DNA from: Aestuariibacter sp. | GTDB taxonomy: Bacteria; Pseudomonadota; Gammaproteobacteria; Enterobacterales; Alteromonadaceae | Direction of reading: 5' to 3' | NCBI GenBank assembly: GCA_017794925.1 | Contig: CP051238.1 | Location: 4,120,185 to 4,184,184 of the forward strand | Length of the DNA: 64,000 nt | Part shown: one piece after another, positions 41,964 to 50,800 of the stretch | Numbering within the stretch: position 1 is the stretch's first letter | Layout: every line of letters begins with the position of its first letter | The notes under the pieces: generated by a model | The model's database searches: none | Seen by the model: only the letters and a program-made list of their open reading frames with translations | What the model was told of the DNA's origin: nothing | Program-made: the position numbers and the translations under genes

Positions 41964-42932
41964 ATGCAATCTATCGATCACCTCAGTGAACTGGAGAGCA
42001 ATTTCGCGATTCCTCATGAGCGTAGCGTTTTGTTGATATCAGGCGACGATGCCAGAACGTTTTTACACGGGCAAATCACTGTCGATGTCACCCACCTTGA
42101 AAATGGGCAGGTACGCAGAACCGGTCACTGCGATCCAAAAGGCAAAAGCTGGAGTGTGAACCTGATCACACCTGTAGATGATTCCCTGCTCATCACTGGT
42201 CATGCGGTTGGGGTGGATGCCTCTCATGCACAATTTAAAAAGTTTGGGGTGTTTTCAAAAATTTCGATGACAGACGCCACATCTCGCTACACGAGTTATT
42301 TTGTACGCGGTGACAAAGCCGAATCGGCAGTCGCGTCTGTTTTTGGTGAACTCCCCTCGTCCCCCATGACCTCTGTGAGCAATGACGCAGGCATCTGTAT
42401 TCGCCTGGATTTGCCAGACAATGGCTTATTGGTACTCTGCAATGCAGAGGGTATCGATAAATATAAACAGGCATTGAGTGATGCGGATATTACGCTTTAT
42501 CAGCCGAGCATATTCGAAGCCCTGCAAATACAGGCTGGGGTACCTGAAATCACCCAGCCGGAGTTGGTTGGCCAGTTTGTGCCACAGATGATGAATTTAC
42601 AGGCGTTAAACAGTATCGATTTCAAAAAAGGCTGTTACATGGGCCAGGAAGTAGTTGCACGCACACGCTATTTGGGCAGAAACAAGCGTGCAGCTTACAT
42701 TTTTCGCACTAAGCAGGCCGTTGACAATATTGAACAAAAGCAACTGGAAAAACAACTTGGTGAGAACTGGCGCGGTGGCGGAACTGTGTTAAAAGCCGCC
42801 ACGTTAGGTCAGGAAAGCTGGATTCTGGCGGTATTGAGCAACGATACCACCGCTGAGGATACGTTTCGTCTGGCGGAAAATCCTGACGTACGGTTGATCC
42901 ATTGCGACTTGCCGTATAGGCTTGAAGAATAG
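41964..42932 (+). CDS. ygfZ: Folate-binding protein YgfZ
   Basis: KGCYMGQEVVAR signature, FLHGQIT. Confidence 0.95.
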   Translation: MQSIDHLSELESNFAIPHERSVLLISGDDARTFLHGQITVDVTHLENGQVRRTGHCDPKGKSWSVNLITPVDDSLLITGHAVGVDASHAQFKKFGVFSKISMTDATSRYTSYFVRGDKAESAVASVFGELPSSPMTSVSNDAGICIRLDLPDNGLLVLCNAEGIDKYKQALSDADITLYQPSIFEALQIQAGVPEITQPELVGQFVPQMMNLQALNSIDFKKGCYMGQEVVARTRYLGRNKRAAYIFRTKQAVDNIEQKQLEKQLGENWRGGGTVLKAATLGQESWILAVLSNDTTAEDTFRLAENPDVRLIHCDLPYRLEE

Positions 42933-42975
42933 CGCACCAGTAGGTGCTTCTACACCCTCAAAACAAGGTAACATT

Positions 42976-43461
42976 ATGCAAATATCTGAAAACAGTGTAG
43001 TTGTAATGCATTACACTGTGAGCACGGAAGACGGCACAGAGCTCGACACCTCTCGCAACGGCCAACCTCTTGCAGCACTGTTGGGCAGTCGCTTTCTGAT
43101 TAGTGGTCTGGAAGAAGCCCTGCAAGGCAAACAAGCAGGAGATAACTTTTCGGTAACGATTGGGCCGGAAAAAGCCTATGGCGAACGATTAGACCAACTC
43201 GTGCAAGAAGTGCCTTTGTCAATGTTTAATGATTTGGAAGTGGAAGTGGGAATGTCATTTCGCGCGACCACTGACCATGGTGAGCAGTCGGTGATCGTGG
43301 TCGAAAAAACTGACGACCAGGTAACAATTGACGGCAACCATCCTCTTGCGGGTATTACCCTGTCTTTCGAGGTAGATGTGATCGAAGTGCGCGAGCCAAC
43401 GGCCGACGAATTACAACATGGTCATGTTCATGGACCAGGTGGCTGTGGTCACAACCATTAA
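42976..43461 (+). CDS. slyD: FKBP-type peptidyl-prolyl isomerase SlyD
   Basis: MQISENSVVVMHY, DGNHPLAG, His/Cys tail HGHVHGPGGCGHNH; ATG at 42976. Confidence 0.93.
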   Translation: MQISENSVVVMHYTVSTEDGTELDTSRNGQPLAALLGSRFLISGLEEALQGKQAGDNFSVTIGPEKAYGERLDQLVQEVPLSMFNDLEVEVGMSFRATTDHGEQSVIVVEKTDDQVTIDGNHPLAGITLSFEVDVIEVREPTADELQHGHVHGPGGCGHNH

Positions 43462-43477
43462 GACATCTGCTTAAATA

Positions 43478-43514
43478 ACAAAAAAGGGGCGATATGATAT
43501 CGCCCCTTTTTTGT
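43478..43514. terminator. Bidirectional terminator between slyD and glnB
   Basis: Perfect 18-bp inverted repeat ACAAAAAAGGGGCGATAT-G-ATATCGCCCCTTTTTTGT. Confidence 0.85.
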
Positions 43515-43529
43515 AGCCAGTCAGCTAAC

Positions 43530-43874
<345 letters not shown>

Positions 43875-44708
43875 TTACTCATCGTAAATAGTAGGAATAG
43901 GTACACGCTTGTGCTGCGTTCTCTGATAAATATACAACAATTTCTCAGAGACTTCCGGTGCAACATCCTTGCCTTCCAGGAAATCGTCAATTTGATCGTA
44001 GGTCAGCCCCAATGCTTGCTCATCCGCTTTTTGTGGAGACAAGCTTTCTAAATCAGCCGTTGGTGCTTTGTGAATAATTTTGGCAGGGGCACCAAGATGT
44101 TCCGCCACCTGTCGAACCTGGCGTTTACTTAAACCAAACAAAGGTGCCAGGTCACACGCCCCATCTCCGTACTTGGTGTAAAAACCGGTTATGTTTTCGG
44201 CCGAGTGGTCAGTACCCAGCACGAGACCGTCTACCATGCCGGCGATTTCATATTGAATCACCATACGCGTTCGAGCTTTAACATTGCCTTTTACGAAGTC
44301 TTGTTTGCTTTCGTCCGCAGGCAGCAAACCAGCTGGGGCTAGCGCTTCGCAAGTTTGTGCATGAATGGCATCGGCGCCAGGCTGAACATTTACAGCAACT
44401 GACTTTGTAGGCTTAATGAAGTCAATGGATGCCTGAGCATCTTCTTCGTCAGCCTGAACCTGATAAGGAAGACGCACTGCAATAAATTGATAGGCTTCAT
44501 GATGTTCCTGATTAAGTTCATCTACAGCCAGCTGTGCTAATCGCCCAAGCGTACAAGAATCAATACCGCCGCTTATTCCCAGTACCAGTGAATTCATGCC
44601 TGATTGCAGTAAATGCTTTTTAATAAAGCCAACACGGCGGGTTACTTCATAATCGACATCTATAGCCGGAAGCACCTTCATTTCATCAATAACGGCTTGT
44701 TTGTCCAT
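43875..44708 (-). CDS. nadE: NH3-dependent NAD+ synthetase (no glutaminase domain)
   Basis: [44 protein letters not shown]; 277 aa. Confidence 0.96.
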   Translation of the reverse strand: MDKQAVIDEMKVLPAIDVDYEVTRRVGFIKKHLLQSGMNSLVLGISGGIDSCTLGRLAQLAVDELNQEHHEAYQFIAVRLPYQVQADEEDAQASIDFIKPTKSVAVNVQPGADAIHAQTCEALAPAGLLPADESKQDFVKGNVKARTRMVIQYEIAGMVDGLVLGTDHSAENITGFYTKYGDGACDLAPLFGLSKRQVRQVAEHLGAPAKIIHKAPTADLESLSPQKADEQALGLTYDQIDDFLEGKDVAPEVSEKLLYIYQRTQHKRVPIPTIYDE

Positions 44709-44918
44709 GAGTCAGTCCAATTGCGCTTTTTCAAATAATTACAGTCTACGTTAAATGTAGGGCGTTTGTCAGCTTAGAAAAGTCACCAAAGTCTATGAAA
44801 TTTCACGCCTTAGTTGCTATCGGTTATACGCAAAACATACCAAAGTGTCTATTATCATAAGCTTGACGTCATTACATACGTTACACTACCGAGTATCAGA
44901 TTATTTTTTAGGCTCAGT

Positions 44919-45461
44919 ATGCGCCAGGCGGGATACACTTTACTTGAACTGATGGTAACTATTGCCGTACTCAGCATTGTTATTGCTGTGGTAGTGCCTG
45001 GTGCCCGGGATTTAGTCAATCACAGTCGTTTGAGTAGTGAAATAAATGAGTTAAGCAGTATGGCCCGCCTAGCGCGGTTCAAGGCCATGGACGAACAGTC
45101 AAATGTCATTGTGTGCCCGACCAAAGATTACAGCAGTTGCTCAACAAACTGGACATACGGAAAAATGGCGTTTGTGGATATTAACGACGATGGCTCGCGC
45201 AACAGCAACGAAAGTATTCTGGCTTCTACCGAAATAATGAATGGCAGCCTTAAAATTTTTGCACCATCACAATCACTGGTTTTTGACCGGCGCGGCGGCG
45301 CAAATGTAACCACCACCATTATATTATGCGACAGTACGCTACAGGCCTCTGCTGCTGTAGGCTTAATTATTAATGGATACGGCAAAATTGCCATTGCCGC
45401 TGACAGCGATGATGATGGCATCAAGGAAAACCACGCGGGCAACAAGTTGGCGTGTTCATAA
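44919..45461 (+). CDS. GspH/FimT-family minor pilin (FimU-like, set A)
   Basis: MRQAG|YTLLELMV prepilin motif with E5; VIVCP, FDRRG; ATG at 44919. Confidence 0.9.
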   Translation: MRQAGYTLLELMVTIAVLSIVIAVVVPGARDLVNHSRLSSEINELSSMARLARFKAMDEQSNVIVCPTKDYSSCSTNWTYGKMAFVDINDDGSRNSNESILASTEIMNGSLKIFAPSQSLVFDRRGGANVTTTIILCDSTLQASAAVGLIINGYGKIAIAADSDDDGIKENHAGNKLACS

Positions 45462-45572
45462 GCAAGACATTCATTCCATTTCTCATCCAAACAGGGCGTT
45501 AATCTTTAATGCGAACAGCAAACATTCAGCGCTGTTCAAATTGCACGGATAGCGCATTACCCCGCATCTTTA

Positions 45573-45914
45573 TTATTGAGAGCCGACAACTTTGCCACAG
45601 GTAGGGTGCCAGCTTAACACAGTCACCTCACCGTAAATTTCAGCACTGTCTGCCATTTCCTGATGGTATAAACGAGTAAGCATTCCGTTGTTTTCTTCAA
45701 ACGTACAGGTGGGTTGGAAAGCGTATTGCTGCGTTTTTTCGAGATAATCATCAAACGCATTTTGATAGCAGGCCAGCTGTTCAAATTGCCCTTCAAATAC
45801 CGGAGAGTAAAAGTAATTATCACCTTCAATTGATTGAGCATAGCAATAGAAAAATTTTGCATGACTATTGAAAGACAAACTGTATAAAAAAGCGAAAAAG
45901 AAAAGAGGTTTCAT
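45573..45914 (-). CDS. Hypothetical small secreted protein with 4 Cys
   Basis: Signal-like MKPLFFFAFLYSLSFNSHA; 113 aa from ATG at 45914. Confidence 0.7.
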   Translation of the reverse strand: MKPLFFFAFLYSLSFNSHAKFFYCYAQSIEGDNYFYSPVFEGQFEQLACYQNAFDDYLEKTQQYAFQPTCTFEENNGMLTRLYHQEMADSAEIYGEVTVLSWHPTCGKVVGSQ

Positions 45915-46560
45915 TAGGCTTTGTCGAATCAGTAGTAAAGCCGATTCTGATACTGGAAATTTTGAATACAAATCAAAAACTTGGAAAATAGTGACTTACC
46001 TATTGGCATGCCTTGTAAAACACATGGGCATATCCCAAGCCTACTATCCAATATAGATGTATATAAGTGACTTACTACTCCATTTACAAAATGGTATTAG
46101 CGCTAGCTTAATAACACTAAACCACTGTCTTATTTATATATTTTTAGAGTTGTAGCGAAAATCCCTGAGACTCAGCACCCGGGCTACAGACGGTTTAACG
46201 CACTTTCAGCTCATTAAAACAAAATAAAAAATGAAAGAATACAACAAGCATTACAACAATTACAAAAAGAACAACGACCAGACGCTTTTACACGGCACAT
46301 CTGCCCATACAGGTTAAGCCACGCTAAAACAGTAGACAAAAAACCCAATATCAGTCACTTAAGTTTAAAACAAAAAGACAAACAAGAGTATTTCAAGCAT
46401 AAACTTGTATAAAACCTAATCATCCAATACAACCATTTATCAAAAAAATACTTGGTATTCGCGATTATTTTTCGAAAAAATGTAATTTATTACGTATGCT
46501 TTCATGTATCATTACAGAAAATTTTGTACCCTTAATCCAGAAAAAGCGTGGTGAATAACG

Positions 46561-46710
46561 ATGGCACAACAAGACAGCAATGCTCTGAACAATTCATATG
46601 ATGATAACGCAATCCAGGATCGTTCAATTGTTGAAGAATTAGCTGATGCAAAGAAAGAAATCAACGATCTGAAAATGCAGATTATGTGGATGGAACGTCA
46701 TTACGAATAA
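46561..46710 (+). CDS. Small 49-aa hypothetical protein (below the ORF-track cutoff)
   Basis: Manual translation MAQQDSNALNNSYDDNAIQDRSIVEELADAKKEINDLKMQIMWMERHYE*; heptad-like C-terminal half; AT-rich promoter-like DNA upstream. Confidence 0.6.
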   Translation: MAQQDSNALNNSYDDNAIQDRSIVEELADAKKEINDLKMQIMWMERHYE

Positions 46711-46860
46711 TAGTTTACGGCTAACGGCATTGATCCGCTGATAGCAGAAAAGGAACGGGTTTTAGATAATTAAACAAATTAGCTTCAAACACCGTTTGCG
46801 CATGATTCGATGTGTATTTAAACACGAGGAATCGCAATTTGTTAACAGCAGCCGGTATAT

Positions 46861-46909
46861 AAAAAGTAACTGAGTGGCAGCTAGTACGCATTAGCTGCCT
46901 GTAAGTTAC
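46861..46909 (-). terminator. Terminator-like hairpin on the minus strand
   Basis: GTAAC-5nt-GGCAGCTA-8nt-TAGCTGCC-5nt-GTTAC followed by TTTTT on the minus strand. Confidence 0.6.
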
Positions 46910-47081
46910 GACCTGAATCTACACGTTCATCCTAACTCTGCTTGCCATGTCGGACTGATGTAATTATGTGTCGTTTGGTGTGTACCTGTCTGGTTGCATC
47001 TCTCTCCCTTCAAAAATAGACGAACGATCACACCGGTGTTGTCGAAGTTCATATAGACGAAAATTCAGGTATGACAGTGCA

Positions 47082-47405
47082 CTATGCTTGTTTTCGTTTC
47101 GCTTTCATAAACAAATAGAGGTAAGAAGCCATTGCGCCGGTGCTGTAGGACAATACGAGCATGCCGTATTCGTTATTTGCAGTGAAAAATAACGACAGAC
47201 CGATAAAAAACGCAACAAGAAATAGCCAGACCGTTCCTTCAGCCTGAGCATTCTCATCACCAAACATATATTCCATGAAAGGACAAACTACACCACAAAG
47301 GAAGCCCAAGGTAAATTCAGACTCAGGGAACAGAGGTTCAAGACCAAAGGCAATCAGCAGGGATATAAGCAGTGCAACACGACTACGGGTGTAGTGACTC
47401 CACAT
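47082..47405 (-). CDS. Hypothetical small multi-pass membrane protein, last gene of the PilY1 operon
   Basis: 107 aa, about 4 hydrophobic segments, basic tail KAKRKQA; starts 9 nt after the pilE stop. Confidence 0.65.
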   Translation of the reverse strand: MWSHYTRSRVALLISLLIAFGLEPLFPESEFTLGFLCGVVCPFMEYMFGDENAQAEGTVWLFLVAFFIGLSLFFTANNEYGMLVLSYSTGAMASYLYLFMKAKRKQA

Positions 47406-47414
47406 CCTAAGTAA

Positions 47415-47876
47415 TTAGCAAGACCAACAATATTCACTGGCTGCCAGACTGCCGTCGTTGTTCTTGTCCCAGGCTTTCCGTCCGTCACTGAATATATACA
47501 GGTTACCATCGCCAGATTGAGCGGTACCACTTACAGGTATGGCGCGCAGTTCAAAACTATTGCCATCTGTACTGACACTGGTAATCGACAGGGTGTACTT
47601 TTTATCTGAAGCGGGTTCAGTAGAGGGTGAGTGGGTAGCATAAATGGCTGGCGCGCCTGTATTCCCCCCCCCACTGGCTGCACCATTGTAGCTGAATGTC
47701 GTGGCGTAATGTCGCTCCATTGCTGCAGCCAGGCTCATTAAGTCAGCTTTGGCAGTACCGCGATTTGTGCTAACCATCATTGATTGGTAAGACGGGTAAC
47801 CCACCGCGGCAATAATGCCCACAATGACAACAGCAATCATTAACTCGATTAAGGTAAACGCGTTTTGGCGTTTCAT
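47415..47876 (-). CDS. pilE: Type IV minor pilin PilE (set A)
   Basis: MKRQNA|FTLIELMIAVVIVGIIAAVGYPSY...ERHY; ATG at 47876. Confidence 0.92.
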   Translation of the reverse strand: MKRQNAFTLIELMIAVVIVGIIAAVGYPSYQSMMVSTNRGTAKADLMSLAAAMERHYATTFSYNGAASGGGNTGAPAIYATHSPSTEPASDKKYTLSITSVSTDGNSFELRAIPVSGTAQSGDGNLYIFSDGRKAWDKNNDGSLAASEYCWSC

Positions 47877-47877
47877 A

Positions 47878-50800
47878 TTATTGCTCCACTTCCGTCGACC
47901 AACTGCCTCGCATGACGCGTTGGTACCGACCAAATATATTCTGACTCAAACATTCGAATGCAGAGGTACAGGCTTCTTCATTCCCCTGATCATCAATAGG
48001 TACCACTGCCGATACGCACTCTGTCCCCAAGCATATAGTGGGATTAGACGCGTCTTCAATCAATATTTTAGTATCAGGAGCGATACCCGTTTGAGTCAAT
48101 GTAGCAAATCGATCGTCATTAGTAAGGTCGCCGTCAGCGTTTAAGTCCCCCGCCGCGTTTCCATCCAACAAATTAACCAGGTATGCACGGCTGTTACCGG
48201 CAGGTGGCGCACAGGCGCTGGTGCTGCTGGCTGCTGGTACATAGGTGGTAAAGAAGACTTTGTAGTTCACGATAACCGGCGACGATAAGACTTTCTCACC
48301 TGACGTTTGAAGCTGCAGGAACCATCCTTGTTTAGACGCATAATCGCTAATGGCAACACTACGCGTCGCGTCATCACTTGCGGTCAGGGCATGACTGGTG
48401 GCATCAAATAAATCGCTTTCGGTTATCGTACTGGGGAACGTAAACTTGCCACTCGTATCCAGCGTAAATACGCCAGTGTCCTTGATCATATAGAATCGGT
48501 CGTTAACTACCTGATCCAAAGGATTCGCACGCCAGCCGCTGCCAACCACAACGGCATAAAAGTTCTGACTACCCAACGTGACTTCAGATACGTCAACGCC
48601 GTAATAGAAATGGCGATTGTCACCATTTGAGGTTCCAGCCAGATCTGCAATCCGTTGCCCTTTTATGAAATCGCTGCCTGACTTTCCGTTATAAACGTCG
48701 AACCGGAAAATCTGTCCGCCCATATCTGTCGCATACAGGTGGTCGGCAAGACCGTCATTATCGCGGTCAATTGCCGCAATATGGCCGGGAATGGAGTACA
48801 TCATTTCGGTAAGATTTAAGTCAGCACCAGCGTTTGATGCTTCCCACAGTAAGGCACCAGTATCTGCATTAAAGATCATTACCGTATTACCCACGGTGTC
48901 AGGCGTCCGTGTTGGGTGTGTATCTTGTCCAACATCGTAACCACCGCCAACGACCATCACATTGTAAACTGAGCCACCTATATTCATTTTTGTAATGATG
49001 GGGCGGGACCAGGTCTGCCCAAGATTCTCTAGACCGGTACTGCCTCCTTCGATGGTAAATACCAGGCTTGGCGACGTCTTCGATGTAATATCGAACACAT
49101 AATAATTTCGCCCGCCGCGGCGCATACCCACATAAAGGTATTTTTTATTATTAAATTCACGCAACACCATGTGACCATCGAGTCCGTAGATATGCTGATA
49201 GCTTGATGCATCCTGGTAAAAGTCTTTTGCGTTGGCCAGCATGTCTTTTGGCGCTACCGCAAAATACTCATAGCCCGTATCTGCGTCAAAGGCATGCAGA
49301 TAGCCATGATTAGTGGCAATGTAGATAACGGAATCATTGGTACCATAGTTCACGATGACCGGCTGTGAGTGAATAGGATCGCCCATTTGTAATCGCGCCT
49401 CAGTCAGATCTCCATCGCCGTCATAGTCGCGTAAATCTATGCCTCTGCTCCACTGTAAAAGTTGCGTTCTAAGGCCGCTAGGATCACTCTCAGTATCCGT
49501 ATCCATATCGGCCGTTGAAATGGCCGAGTTGTTTTCGTGAACCTGGTTGCTACTTTGAATGATGCTACCGGGACCATCAAAAAAGTAGATATTTCGACTA
49601 CCATAAAGCAACGAGGCGGCCCCACCTTCACGGACATCTGCGCCATCCAGCGTCGGTGACCAGTAACTGTGTGAGCTGTCGGCAAAAAAGCCGGTGTTTT
49701 CATCAATGGCCACTAATCCGTTTTGATCGAACACCTGGTCACCCGAGATACGGTATTTCTTCAGGTTGCCAGGCCAAAGCGTTCCCTCTGCAGGCTTAAA
49801 TAACGCATAATACAATTCGTCCTGGTGAGTCAGACGGTTTAGCTGGTTTACCGCCACACCAGGAGAAACGAACGTGGCATTAACGTCTTTAACGGAACGC
49901 AAAATCGTCTGGAAAGCGGTTAATAGATCTGTACTGTTGCTGGCAGTATAAAAACCACCACCACTGTTTAGTGCTAACCGGTACAAGAAGTTATTCGCCG
50001 TATTATTTGCAGCGAACCCAATGGTGTGTGTAGTGACTTTTGAATTTATCACTGAACTTGCCGACTTACTAATGTTGGACACTAGGTCCAACCCACACAA
50101 CTCTCCTGAGCTGGCAGACTGACAAGATGAACTCAATAAGCTCTGAATCTTTGACGCGCTGTGATTACTGTTAGCTTCGCCGTCTGATAACAACACGATA
50201 TGATTGTTAGTTTGACACTGTAAGTCCTGAACAGGGCTGATATAGGTGGCAGGAGCTGGTATATATTCGCCAACACACGCGCTGTCCCCCAGGTTTGCAT
50301 CGGTACAACCATACGGCTGTACAGCATCACTGCCGGTATAGGAGTCTCTATGACTGACCCGAGTATTTCGTCTCACTGTTGACGATGTATCTGAGCGTCC
50401 ACGAGAGAGCCCGTAATCGACATTCATACCGCCATAATATAGTGACGCTTCGTACAGGGTATCAACAATCGGTGTATACCCACTGGCAGCCAAATCGTCC
50501 ACTTTACTGATTAATAAATCCCGAACCGTCAATGAACTTCCCGCCTGAGCGTTGCCACTGAATTCAACGAAAAGTCTCGGCGCCTGGGATGGTTTGCCCG
50601 TATAAGAATAGGCACCACGAATGTCCGTAAAGTTACTCAGCACAAAGCCAACAGCATTCCCTGCCTGCCAGCCCCCACGCCCGACAATGGCATTTAAAAT
50701 ACTGCTTATGTCGACCGTTTGATAACTGCGATTACGACGGAATTTAGGCATACTCCAGGTGACACCCGCCGTCTTTGCTACGTTCTGGAGGTCATTTTTG

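Noticed and set aside
46150-46215. Resemblance to RyhB (CTGAAAG, GCCCGGGTGCTG on the minus strand) or to a c-di-GMP riboswitch
   Set aside because: The RyhB core GCACGACATTGCTCACATTGC is absent, and the GGCAAAC/GAAA/GACGCAAAGC elements of c-di-GMP-I are absent
46231-46317. 28-aa ORF MKEYNKHYNNYKKNNDQTLLHGTSAHTG as a leader peptide
   Set aside because: No Shine-Dalgarno, its composition is explained by the A/C skew, and no attenuator follows
47020-47050. GAACTT on the minus strand as a sigma-E promoter
   Set aside because: There is no TCTRA/TCAAA -10 at 16-nt spacing
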